Assembly: GCA_012513915.1 (NCBI GenBank)
Contig: JAAZBG010000128.1
Location: 9,640 to 73,639, forward strand
Direction: 5' to 3'
From: Fibrobacter sp.
GTDB lineage: Bacteria; Fibrobacterota; Chitinivibrionia; Chitinivibrionales; Chitinispirillaceae
DNA length: 64,000 nt
Shown here piece by piece: positions 29,607 to 38,708 of this stretch. Numbering within the stretch: position 1 is the first letter of the stretch; each line of letters begins with the position of its first letter. The translations under genes were made by a program, and so were the position numbers. Below the pieces are notes generated by a model. It was not told where the DNA came from. It ran no database searches and saw nothing but the letters and a program-made list of their open reading frames with translations.

Positions 29607-29678
29607 AAAATGCCTTGTAATGTATTCAAGTAGAGATAGTCATGGCTTTAATAGAGAAGTTTATGACTTATTAATAGT

Positions 29679-30743
29679 TTAGCCGAGCTGCTTCACCAGG
29701 TTGTCAATATACTTCTTAAGTGTCGGTAGCAACTCGCTCTCAGGAACTTTTATTGCCTGTTGACCCTTTACAAAAACAAGCCCTTCGTGTTTACCGCCTG
29801 CGACGCCGATATCTGCATCCTTTGCTTCACCGGGACCATTGACCACGCAGCCCATAACTGCGATTTTAATAGATGCCGTAATACCGGCAACAAGTTCTTC
29901 CACCCGTGTTGCGAGCTCTTCGACATCAATGGAGGTTCTTCCGCAGGTTGGACATGCGATAACTACCGGCCCACTGTCAAGGTCAAGTGACTTAAGAATC
30001 TCTTTTGCGACATATATTTCACGCACCGGATCACCGGCAAGCGATACACGGATTGTATCCCCGATACCCTCAGCAAGCAGTGTCCCGATTCCCACAGCAG
30101 ATCTGATTGACCCGGTGCGAACTGTTCCTGATTCTGTTATGCCGATATGCTGAGGTACATCCGTTTTCTCAGAAAGCAACCTGCACGCTTTGATCGTTGT
30201 GAGAACATCACTTGCTTTAATGGAAAGAATGATATCACCAAACCCGAGTTTTTCCATAAGGTTAATATAGCCAAGCGCACTTGCAGTGAGAGCTTCCGGC
30301 GTAGGACCACCGAACTTTTCGAGAAGGTTCTTTTCAAGTGAGCCGCTGTTAACCCCGATACGGATGGGAATCTTTGATGCTTTTGCTGCATCCACAACTG
30401 CTTTTACACGGTCCTCTGATCCGATATTGCCCGGATTTATTCTTATTTTGTCAGCACCGGCATCAATCGCAGCAAGTGCACACTTGTAATTAAAATGAAT
30501 ATCTGCCACAAGCGGCATATTCGTTTCTTTACGCACCTGTGCAAATACCGCTGCTGCTTCTTCATCGGGTACTGTTAATCGTACTATTTTACAACCTGCA
30601 AGTTTGAGCTGGTTGATCTGTGCAAGGAGTTTATCCTTGTCGTACGGGCTTGCATTTGACATTGACTGGATAACAACCGGTGCATTATCACCGATCGGTA
30701 CATTTTTGACTGTAATTCTGCGAGTTTTTTTACGAGGTAGCAT
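29679..30743 (-). CDS. ispG: 4-hydroxy-3-methylbut-2-en-1-yl diphosphate synthase
   Basis: PVVIQSM.N, VRL.VP, PLVADIHF, RINPGN and CPTCGR. ATG 30743 (MLPRKKTRRITV) is used because the longer ORF extension reads through the heptamer repeat. Confidence 0.9.
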   Translation of the reverse strand: MLPRKKTRRITVKNVPIGDNAPVVIQSMSNASPYDKDKLLAQINQLKLAGCKIVRLTVPDEEAAAVFAQVRKETNMPLVADIHFNYKCALAAIDAGADKIRINPGNIGSEDRVKAVVDAAKASKIPIRIGVNSGSLEKNLLEKFGGPTPEALTASALGYINLMEKLGFGDIILSIKASDVLTTIKACRLLSEKTDVPQHIGITESGTVRTGSIRSAVGIGTLLAEGIGDTIRVSLAGDPVREIYVAKEILKSLDLDSGPVVIACPTCGRTSIDVEELATRVEELVAGITASIKIAVMGCVVNGPGEAKDADIGVAGGKHEGLVFVKGQQAIKVPESELLPTLKKYIDNLVKQLG

Positions 30744-30765
30744 AGTTCTCCGTGATCCGTAAAAA

Positions 30766-30823
30766 GTAACGTATGATCCGTAACAGGTGACAAGTAAATA
30801 CCTGTCACGTGTCACTCGTTACT
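30766..30823. repeat. Palindromic GT(G/A)ACNN heptamer element
   Basis: gtaacgt ... gtaacag gtgacaa gtaaata is followed by the complementary cctgtca cgtgtca ctcgtta ct. It lies between the stop of the upstream gene (30827) and the ispG start (30743). Confidence 0.85.
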
Positions 30824-30826
30824 TCA

Positions 30827-31963
30827 CTATAAAGCTTGTACTGAAAGTGTAATTTCCTGACCATTAATACCGGTAACCGCAAGACTCCTCCCGCCAGTTG
30901 ACAGTTTGTAACCATCAGCTTTAGTTGCGAGTCCGTTTGGATTACCTTTGTATTGTATGTCAACTGACAGAGTGTTGTTCCTGGTGTTCCAGCTGCGTTC
31001 ATTTACACTGGTGACACCTGCTATACCCTTAAGGGTACTGATTACATTGTTCTTTATTCTGGCTGTTGCAACAGTATTAACAGTAATTGTAATCAGTACA
31101 CCGATCCTGGTCTGATTTTGCCAATCTTTAATAAGTGAATCAAGTATCGTTTCAGCACATTTCTTCGCTGCCGCTGCAATAGCCTGAGTACCTGCTGTTT
31201 GCGGGCTGATATGAGCTTTTTCGGTATGCTCTGATGCAGTTGCGATAACATGTGCAGTTATGCAGTTTATTGCTTTAATTGTTACATCCGCATCAACAGC
31301 AATCATTCCGTCTGCGTTCTCAGATGACATTTCCGCACGGCGACTGGTTGCTGTGCCGGTAATAAAAACGTCGGCACCAAACCGGGTTCCAAGTGATGCA
31401 ACTTCAGCAACGTTGCTTTCGGGTGATACGATCTTCTGTTTGTTACGTTTAATCGTAGTTACTATTTTCTGATCAACAATTTCGAATCCGTAAGGGTCTT
31501 TGAGTGCTGCTATAATTGCAGTTTCCGCTGATGTATTCCCGGGATCATCATTATTGATGTTGCTTTCGTTGATAACGATCAGTACTTTGGGCTTACTCAT
31601 CGATTCAATCACAATCTTTGATGCAGCGAGTTCATCACGTAAAGTCTGCTTTGAAATAGCCACTTTAATCACGAGTTTAAGAAATCCATCATCCTGAGTA
31701 TGCTGGGAAAGTATCTGGTAGGTTTTTATTGCACCGATAGTTTTTGTGAGCACCAGATCACGTTTTGCCTTGAAATTTTCACGCTCTGTTTGCGAATGAA
31801 GTATCTTTTCGATACCTTTTTCAATCGCATCACGTTTTGCAGCTTTAAGCGCCTCACGCTGATTAGCACCAATACCCTGCCCATCAACATCAAATGTATC
31901 CTGAGCTGACGACGTCCCGAATAAAATTAACAGTGCTATAAAAAGTAACAGACCTCTGCTCAT
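30827..31963 (-). CDS. Hypothetical secreted protein (repeated alpha/beta modules, LPP20/CsgG-like flavour)
   Basis: It has a signal peptide (MSRGLLLFIALLILFGTSSAQ). Segments such as KPKVLIVINE...AETAIIAAL...GFEIVD resemble the periplasmic alpha/beta modules of CsgG/LpoB-type proteins. This assignment is weak. Confidence 0.5.
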   Translation of the reverse strand: MSRGLLLFIALLILFGTSSAQDTFDVDGQGIGANQREALKAAKRDAIEKGIEKILHSQTERENFKAKRDLVLTKTIGAIKTYQILSQHTQDDGFLKLVIKVAISKQTLRDELAASKIVIESMSKPKVLIVINESNINNDDPGNTSAETAIIAALKDPYGFEIVDQKIVTTIKRNKQKIVSPESNVAEVASLGTRFGADVFITGTATSRRAEMSSENADGMIAVDADVTIKAINCITAHVIATASEHTEKAHISPQTAGTQAIAAAAKKCAETILDSLIKDWQNQTRIGVLITITVNTVATARIKNNVISTLKGIAGVTSVNERSWNTRNNTLSVDIQYKGNPNGLATKADGYKLSTGGRSLAVTGINGQEITLSVQAL

Positions 31964-32198
31964 AGATCCTCTCTAAAAGGGTTGTCGTAGAAATGGCTTT
32001 TCAGGAAAATATCCACGGGGTGATCATAACTTCTTTTAAAGAATTGTACAACGATAAACACATTGGTACCTGTACTGTTGATAACAATAGTAAATATAGT
32101 TTTACACCCTGTTTCACTCAATACCTATGTTGCCAATAGCGATAAAAACTTCCGCATCGATACGTAAAACTTATAGGCTGTACTGGTGTGGAACAAAC

Positions 32199-32687
32199 TT
32201 ATGATGCCTGAAGGTGGATTATCTGTGCATCAAGTTTTTTCCCGCGTATGGTAAGAACGGCAATAGAAACCGGAAGATCGAATCGTCGGGGGCCTGCACT
32301 TCCAGGGTTGATATAGAGAGTGTTGTCCCGATTACGTATCTCAGGAATATGCGTATGGCCACAGATCACACAGTCGATTGAACAGACCGCAGGTTCAAAA
32401 TCGATTGATTTGCAATCGTGTGTCACACAAAGCATACACTGGGGAGTTTCGAAAAAAACAGTTTCTTTAAGTTCCGGGAACACCCAGGTACTGTCGGTGT
32501 TGCCAAGTACGGCGTAAACCGGAGCGATAACAGAAAGTTGAGTCAAAATTGATGGAGAACCGATATCTCCTGCATGAAGTAGAAAATCACACTGCTTAAA
32601 ATGCAGGTAGATCTGTTCACGTATCAGCCCATGGGTATCTGACAGTATTCCAATTGTCAAATCAGTCTTATCGGTTGTAATATGCAT
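32199..32687 (-). CDS. YfcE/MJ0936-family metallophosphoesterase
   Basis: GILSDTHG, HAGDIGSP, GNTD, CGHTH and NPGS. Confidence 0.8.
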   Translation of the reverse strand: MHITTDKTDLTIGILSDTHGLIREQIYLHFKQCDFLLHAGDIGSPSILTQLSVIAPVYAVLGNTDSTWVFPELKETVFFETPQCMLCVTHDCKSIDFEPAVCSIDCVICGHTHIPEIRNRDNTLYINPGSAGPRRFDLPVSIAVLTIRGKKLDAQIIHLQAS

Positions 32688-32851
32688 GGTTGCTAATTCA
32701 CAAATTCTGGTATAAGTACAGGAAAAGAGTTACTTATTTACACATCATACTGATAAGATACGTAAAAAATGTGACAATTATTGCAAAAAAGTATAACATT
32801 ATTTGAGGTGATACAGGTGTGATAGTAACCGGGGTGTTTACAAAACAATTA

Positions 32852-33040
32852 CTACTCTGTTGCATCCATACCGAAAATCCAGTTTAAATCAGGATTCCTT
32901 TCAAACAGAAAGAGGCTTGCATTGCGCTGGATAGCATTCTCGATTTTCAGATCGATTTCGTCAAGAGCTATTCTCTCTCCGTCAATCCATTCGAATTTTT
33001 CGATATCAAAGTCATCGGTAATTCTGGAACGTAATCTCAT
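32852..33040 (-). CDS. Hypothetical small acidic protein
   Basis: A 62-aa ORF whose ATG 33040 is preceded by GAGGTG with 4-nt spacing. I recognise no homology. Confidence 0.3.
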   Translation of the reverse strand: MRLRSRITDDFDIEKFEWIDGERIALDEIDLKIENAIQRNASLFLFERNPDLNWIFGMDATE

Positions 33041-33290
33041 AACACACCTCATTTCAGAATATGATAACAGCTATTAAATTGATATGGACAAAGCAACCGT
33101 ACTTGACAATAGATATCGTCTGTGACTGTTCTGGTATATTTGGTGTTGATGTGATATACTGCGCATGATGCTTTCTAGATTATACAGGATTTAGGGATTC
33201 TTTCCAAGTGCCAATAACGATCGTGCACATGTGAAGGGAATAACGTATATTAATTAATCATTGGTTTTTCATAGGATTATGAGGGGTTAC

Positions 33291-33911
33291 ATGATGAGTA
33301 TTCCGGTAAAAAAAATATCTGGTTTGTGCTGTGCAGCCTGTGTCTTTCTGGTACTATTCAATAGTTTTTCTGAAGCTCAGGATGAGTCGCGTCCGTGGGA
33401 GCGGCTCGGTTTATCACAGACTGAGTGGCGGCTTATTAACGAGAACAATATTAGTATGCCCAAACTTGAACAACTGTTGAATGCGGGCATTTCGGTAGGT
33501 GAATATATTCAGAAACCCTGGGAACCTTTGGAGATGAATGAGGATAAATGGATAAAGAAACGCAGATCCGGCCTCACAAGTTATGATATCGAACTTGAGG
33601 CAACAAGGGGAAATGCCCAGGAATGGAAAAAAACCATGAACTATGATGTCGCCAGGGATATGCAACAGCTAAGCGGGAATGGCGAACTTTTCTCAAGCCT
33701 GTTTCTTCCGGGATATTATCAATATCATGTCGGGCAAAAACGCAAAAGCTATGTCATGGCCGGGCTTGCCGGCGGCGCTCTTGCATGGTTTACAATTGGA
33801 TGTATTGCCAATAAACGGGTTGAGGTCGCTCCGATCGCGCTTGTTATTGTTCCGGATATGATCTGGAGCTTTATTGATTACAAAATTGACAAAAAGAATA
33901 AAAACCAGTAG
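33291..33911 (+). CDS. Hypothetical exported/membrane protein
   Basis: It has a signal peptide (MMSIPVKKISGLCCAACVFLVLFNSFSEAQ) and a C-terminal hydrophobic pair (FLPGYYQYHVG..., AGLAGGALAWFTIG) reminiscent of DUF5683-type proteins. ATG 33291 follows GAGGGG. Confidence 0.5.
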   Translation: MMSIPVKKISGLCCAACVFLVLFNSFSEAQDESRPWERLGLSQTEWRLINENNISMPKLEQLLNAGISVGEYIQKPWEPLEMNEDKWIKKRRSGLTSYDIELEATRGNAQEWKKTMNYDVARDMQQLSGNGELFSSLFLPGYYQYHVGQKRKSYVMAGLAGGALAWFTIGCIANKRVEVAPIALVIVPDMIWSFIDYKIDKKNKNQ

Positions 33912-33912
33912 T

Positions 33913-34581
33913 ATGACAACACTCTATCTGACAAATAAAAACTGTTCTGTATGTGGTGAGAGTAACCGCTTTCCGCTGGTTGATCTTTCTCAAAAATTGA
34001 CAGGCATTCGCGATCTTGACGGGCGGCCATCACATATTCAGCGTTCACTGGTGTACATGTGGATTCAACGCTGTGAAAGCTGCAACTATTGTGCACCGGA
34101 CATTTCAGCAGAATGCAAAGTGGACCCATCATATATTAATAGCCCTGAGTACAAGGGTATTATTGATGATGTATCATTTCCGCTTACAGCAGTTGCTTTC
34201 AGGGCTCACAGTTTTCTTATGACATCAATGGGATCATTTGCAGACAGTGGTTGGGCACTGCTATGTGCTGCCTGGGTCTGTGATGATAACGGTGCCCCTG
34301 CAAATGCTATCGTATGCCGTAAAGAAGCTTTGACGCATTTCAGATACGCACAGGAAAAAAATCAGGAGTTCAGTCAGTCGCATGTCGAAGAAAATCTCAT
34401 ACTTATTGATATAATGCGACGTATTGGTGATTTTGATGCTGCTATGGAACTGTGTGATCAGGAGCTTCAGACGGATCATCCCGACACTATCTGGTTGCTG
34501 CTCGATTATGAAAAAGTGCTCATTGGGAAAAATGACACTGCTTGTCATAATGAGAGTGATATGGAGGAGATGGGGTTGTAG
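33913..34581 (+). CDS. Zinc-ribbon plus helical-repeat protein, DUF2225-like
   Basis: CSVCG...(32 aa)...CESCNYC is followed by a TPR-like helical C-terminus. The ATG lies 2 nt after the upstream stop. Confidence 0.45.
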   Translation: MTTLYLTNKNCSVCGESNRFPLVDLSQKLTGIRDLDGRPSHIQRSLVYMWIQRCESCNYCAPDISAECKVDPSYINSPEYKGIIDDVSFPLTAVAFRAHSFLMTSMGSFADSGWALLCAAWVCDDNGAPANAIVCRKEALTHFRYAQEKNQEFSQSHVEENLILIDIMRRIGDFDAAMELCDQELQTDHPDTIWLLLDYEKVLIGKNDTACHNESDMEEMGL

Positions 34582-34641
34582 GGGAGGCTGGAGGAAGTAG
34601 CCGGAATTCAGAAAAAACAGAATCAGGCAGGCTGCGAGTGT

Positions 34642-36516
34642 TTACGAATCATGTTCAATCAGTATTACCCCGTATTCAGGTAATGTGATAGTACCTTTGT
34701 ACGTCACTTGTTTTGATTGTTTTTCCCACATTGTATAGTTTGTACTTAACTGTTCAAATGATGTTGAGTCAATAATCTGTGCTTTACCGGTAATCTCTTT
34801 TGGAAAAATAAATGTCTGATCTGTATTTGTGATATTAGCGATGACAAGAAGTGATCGATCTTCCTTGTGCAGGTGAAATGCTACGAGGGATTTGGTATTT
34901 CCGGAAATCACCCTGCTAAATTGTCCGCCTGAGAATGGTGCAATCTTTGACAGAAGATGATAAGCCGGGGTGACTTTGTTTCTTATGTTGTCAAAAATAC
35001 CATGGTCACCATTGAATTGAAAAAGACAGAAAGAGTCGACATTGTATTGTATACTGTAAAAAAGAACACCTGCAGTCCATGCTGCTCCAAATAACCCATA
35101 GAGACGCATGTCCGGACCTCCGTCTTTGAGTGGATTTGACCTGTTGGTACGGGGGCGGAGCGTAATAGGTGTGATATGAACTTTTTTATTCCCGAAGAGT
35201 GTTTGTGCTGTATGAATTGTTGCACTGATCCCCGGCAGATTTTCCATGATCGATTCACTGTCAAATGTATGCACCTGAGGATTCAGTGAATAGCAGATGT
35301 GCTCGCACAAGTCAATTGCGCTGCGGTTGCGATTGAGCTCAACGAAATATTTGTCAGTGCCAAAGACAAGCGGTGTATCCGGATGTGCCTGGCCCAAGAT
35401 GGTTTTTGCATTGGTGATAGTTAATTCGGATACAATGACCTCACTTTGTTTAAGTATAATAATGCGGACTGGTTTGATACCGGATGCCGAAATACATTCT
35501 GCAACATGGGCAAGTTCTTTTGTAATATCGTCGGTACAGTACAGCACGAGCTCAGGTTTAATTAATAATGATCTGCAATGGGATAATATCGACACAATAC
35601 TACTGCAGGAATCCTCCATATCAAAAAAGATATCAAAACGGATATACGCAAACTGATTAATACGGTCACTGCTGACAGAATTAATTTTTGAATAGTCAAG
35701 GCAGGTTCCTATTTGCGGTACTTTGTATGTATTGCCTGAAAGATCATTACGTACTACCGGTACATTCTGTTTGTTTTCCCGGATTGATTTTGTGGTATTC
35801 ATGAGTGATGCAAATGTAAATGTGATTGTCTGTTCGATTGATGTTCCTTTTTCAACCAGAGCCGGTAATGGATCCGATAGTCTTGTACTGTAAATCTTAT
35901 ACGAGTAGTCGGTCCAGTTGCGCTGATCCTCCATTTCAAACAGATCACCATCAAAGGTGGCTGTTACGTTTGTATAATCGGTAACCGCATAGTGTATGCT
36001 CTTTATGTCAAGGTGTGGCTGCCAGGGTACAATCAGTTCAGGAAATATACAATCTATGCTGCTGTTGTCAGATCGTATCACCCTGTATTTTTTACCGGTA
36101 CATTGATCGATCGGAAGCAATGTACAGAATCCGATACGGTTTCTATAAAAAGAGGTGCGTGCCACCGCTTTGAAAGAAAATGTAAGCTCCCCGGATGATC
36201 GTCCATGTAGATTGAATGTTGAATCAAGGTTAATATCACCCTGCGAATATGTACCTTTGAATGTCAGTTTAAAGCCACTTGAATCGATCGACTGGTGAAT
36301 AATGGTGAATGAACCTGGAATGGTGTTCCAGTGACGATCTCTGAGGGCAAAGTAGATGCGGTTACAGACAGGGATCGTATCAAAGGTGATCCTGCGAATC
36401 ATTCCATCCTGAAAAATCAGATCAATAAGACCTGCTTTAAGGACTACTGGTGTTGGAGTCGCACAATCGCTACCATAAAGGATTCCGTTGAGCTCTGGAG
36501 TATTCATTTTTAACAT
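34642..36516 (-). CDS. Hypothetical 624-aa protein
   Basis: A long uninterrupted ORF with normal composition. I can name no family motif with confidence. Confidence 0.6.
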   Translation of the reverse strand: MLKMNTPELNGILYGSDCATPTPVVLKAGLIDLIFQDGMIRRITFDTIPVCNRIYFALRDRHWNTIPGSFTIIHQSIDSSGFKLTFKGTYSQGDINLDSTFNLHGRSSGELTFSFKAVARTSFYRNRIGFCTLLPIDQCTGKKYRVIRSDNSSIDCIFPELIVPWQPHLDIKSIHYAVTDYTNVTATFDGDLFEMEDQRNWTDYSYKIYSTRLSDPLPALVEKGTSIEQTITFTFASLMNTTKSIRENKQNVPVVRNDLSGNTYKVPQIGTCLDYSKINSVSSDRINQFAYIRFDIFFDMEDSCSSIVSILSHCRSLLIKPELVLYCTDDITKELAHVAECISASGIKPVRIIILKQSEVIVSELTITNAKTILGQAHPDTPLVFGTDKYFVELNRNRSAIDLCEHICYSLNPQVHTFDSESIMENLPGISATIHTAQTLFGNKKVHITPITLRPRTNRSNPLKDGGPDMRLYGLFGAAWTAGVLFYSIQYNVDSFCLFQFNGDHGIFDNIRNKVTPAYHLLSKIAPFSGGQFSRVISGNTKSLVAFHLHKEDRSLLVIANITNTDQTFIFPKEITGKAQIIDSTSFEQLSTNYTMWEKQSKQVTYKGTITLPEYGVILIEHDS

Positions 36517-36604
36517 AATCTTTCTTTATCATAGCCGTTTTTAATTCTGTTCATAAAATTTTCTGAAGATCGACTATAACGATTACAATTTTATACACGT
36601 TTTT

Positions 36605-36632
36605 CGTTACCAGTCACGTGTCATGTGTCACG
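36605..36632. repeat. GT(G/A)ACNN heptamer array (reverse orientation), 4 units
   Basis: cgttacc agtcacg tgtcatg tgtcacg lies about 90 nt upstream of the start at 36516. Confidence 0.8.
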
Positions 36633-36710
36633 TCCTGAAAAAATATACTTGAACAATTCAATGAGTTACAAAAAAACACAATAAACAGGGTCGGAAAACG
36701 AAAATATATA

Positions 36711-36738
36711 TTGAAAGTTTGAAATTTTGGGGTATATT
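36711..36738 (+). promoter_or_regulatory. Sigma-70-like promoter candidate (TTGAAA-N16-TATATT)
   Basis: The -35 ttgaaa lies at 36711-36716 and the -10 tatatt at 36733-36738. No plus-strand CDS lies downstream before the terminator at 36977-37010. Confidence 0.4.
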
Positions 36739-36744
36739 AAAAGT

Positions 36745-37010
36745 ATGGAGTGTTCAGAGTGTTGAATGCTTCAGACCTCTGAAAAGTGCAGTTTGAAAGT
36801 GCATTTTTCAATTCTATAACGTAGAAGGCGTCACAGTTTTCCAGAAGAGCTGTGAATGATCAGGTTGATTGGATTCTGGCAAACGAAAGGGGGCAACCCG
36901 TAAAAAACGTTTCGAAGCACATTTTAAGTAATGCAAGAGAACATAAACCTTAAAACGGAGGTTTGTAATAGTTTGTCGGCTCGGCAGTAATGCTGAGCCG
37001 TTATTTTTTT
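36745..37010 (+). ncRNA. Candidate small non-coding RNA (~265 nt), family unknown
   Basis: It is bounded by the promoter candidate and a strong plus-strand intrinsic terminator. The only internal ORFs are 6-19 codons and lack an SD. Internal hairpins include tcaga-cc-tctga and aacct-taaaacgg-aggtt. Both flanking genes are on the minus strand. Confidence 0.35.
36977..37010 (+). terminator. Rho-independent terminator (plus-strand polarity)
   Basis: A 9-bp stem cggctcggc / gctgagccg with a 6-nt loop is followed by TTATTTTTTT. Confidence 0.7.
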
Positions 37011-37070
37011 ATACAGTTTTTATTGTATAAACACAGTTGATAGTGTGGCAAAGACAATGTCTACTTTGTT

Positions 37071-37403
37071 TTATTGCAGTAGTCGTTTTAAAAGCAGATC
37101 GTCAATGTTTCTTCGTCCGTCAAGAATAGCTACAATGAGTAATGTGTTACTTTCTATTTTGTAAATTATTCTCCAGGGTGCTTCGATTAGTTCCCGATAA
37201 ATAAAAATATTAATTTTCTCTAATTCCGGAGTAATTCGTCCCTGCTCAGGGAACAGGGAAAGGTTATTGATTTTCAGGCGTAGTTTATCAAGTATTGATT
37301 TGGCAGTAGTTTTATTAGATAAAGCGATAAACGATACAATATCATGAAGATCGCGTTTTGCTGATTTTGTGATAATTAATGAATATGCCCTGTTAACTTT
37401 CAT
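37071..37403 (-). CDS. Type II toxin, RelE/ParE family
   Basis: A 110-aa protein with A..DL..I..FI, FP..G, YR.I and I..IL.GRR, located 2 nt downstream of the antitoxin gene. Confidence 0.85.
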   Translation of the reverse strand: MKVNRAYSLIITKSAKRDLHDIVSFIALSNKTTAKSILDKLRLKINNLSLFPEQGRITPELEKINIFIYRELIEAPWRIIYKIESNTLLIVAILDGRRNIDDLLLKRLLQ

Positions 37404-37405
37404 TG

Positions 37406-37687
37406 TTATTGCTGCTCTATTTTTTTGTAGAGTTCATCAAAGACATCTTCAACTTTGGAAACTTCACCATTAGAAATTTCTTTTTCAGAAATCTGAATGA
37501 TTTTTAGCAGTGCAATCGCATTTAGCATGTTTTGATACGATTCAATATCAAGAAATACCCCGCGTGCCTCACCATTCTGTGTAATAATGATTGGATTTTT
37601 ATTTTCATTAATATAATTAAGCATGTCCGCTGCATTTGTTTTGATATACGAAATCGGCTTTATGTCTTCTTTCAAATTAATACCCAT
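37406..37687 (-). CDS. Type II antitoxin, Phd/YefM family
   Basis: A 93-aa protein containing PIIITQNGEARGVFLDIESYQ. Confidence 0.85.
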   Translation of the reverse strand: MGINLKEDIKPISYIKTNAADMLNYINENKNPIIITQNGEARGVFLDIESYQNMLNAIALLKIIQISEKEISNGEVSKVEDVFDELYKKIEQQ

Positions 37688-37904
37688 AATTAGTCTCCTT
37701 GTTTAGTAGTACTTATATAATACTAAATTCGGACTGCAATGTCAAATTGTTTGGTTGTAATTGTGGAAGATTGATCGTTGGTTGGGGATCGGCATCACTA
37801 TAGTTTTATTAGAATCGTTTGCAACGTTTGCAGGGACAATGTTTGTCGTGTCCCCACAAACGGAATGGTTTTAATTCAATGACAACAATTACGTTGCATG
37901 ATAG

Positions 37905-38705
37905 TTATTTTGTAGCGTTACTGATACCTGTTAAATATTCCTTTACTGCCGGTAAACCTTTATCCATCGACATCCTGATAACATGCGAGCAGATAATCGC
38001 TATATCGGCACCGACCCGTTTCAGGTGGTTGACATCATCGGCGGACTGAACGCCGAATCCCACACCAATGGGCAGCGTAAATGTTTTTTTAACGTTGTTA
38101 ATGTACGCTTCGAATTCAGGGCCGAATTTTGTATGACGGCCGGTTGTTCCAAGACGTGCGACACAATAGATCAGGCCGCGTCCATATTGTGCAATATAAT
38201 TAAGCCGTTCCTGTGATGTAAACGGAGTGCAGAGGAAGATCGTTGCAATGTCGGTTGCATCGGCAGCCTTTACATACTCATGTGCTTCAGTTTCATCTGG
38301 TGGAAGATCCGGTATAATAATTCCCTGAATACCGCATTCTTTTGCTTTCTTAAGAAACGCTTCTTTACCATAGGCATAGATAACATTGTAATAGGTCATG
38401 ATCACAAACATTGTTGTTGGAAACGCCGATGTGATTTTTTCTGCTTCAGTAAAACACCGGGCAATAGTAGTACCGTTTTCAAGTGATTCCTGATTTGCTT
38501 TTGATAGCACTGGACCATCAGCCATAGGGTCCGAAAACGGGAACTGAAGTTCGATAATGTCAACACCGGATTCAACAAGCGTTTTAACCTGTTCGTGATT
38601 ATATGCCAGTGATGGATACCCCATGACTGTATGCGACATGACAAGCACACTCTTTGTGGTACGCCGGGCCTGAATATTTTTCTGTAATGTTGTAAGTGTA
38701 CTCAT
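37905..38705 (-). CDS. trpA: Tryptophan synthase alpha chain
   Basis: DIIELQFPFSDPMADGP, GIIIPDLP and GFG... Its start lies 4 nt after the trpB stop. Confidence 0.9.
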   Translation of the reverse strand: MSTLTTLQKNIQARRTTKSVLVMSHTVMGYPSLAYNHEQVKTLVESGVDIIELQFPFSDPMADGPVLSKANQESLENGTTIARCFTEAEKITSAFPTTMFVIMTYYNVIYAYGKEAFLKKAKECGIQGIIIPDLPPDETEAHEYVKAADATDIATIFLCTPFTSQERLNYIAQYGRGLIYCVARLGTTGRHTKFGPEFEAYINNVKKTFTLPIGVGFGVQSADDVNHLKRVGADIAIICSHVIRMSMDKGLPAVKEYLTGISNATK

Positions 38706-38708
38706 ATA

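Noticed and set aside
30744-30815. An N-terminal extension of the ispG ORF (MTRDRYLLVTCYGSYVTFYGSRRT) is given in the ORF track.
   Set aside because: The extension is a translation of the GT(G/A)AC heptamer palindrome. The internal ATG at 30743 gives a canonical IspG N-terminus.
36880-36960. A gcaaacgaaagg... stretch in the sRNA candidate looked like a tmRNA tag reading frame (ANE...).
   Set aside because: There is no tRNA-like acceptor/T-arm and no GGGG 5' end. The putative tag would not end in the usual hydrophobic A-A type terminus, and the length is wrong.
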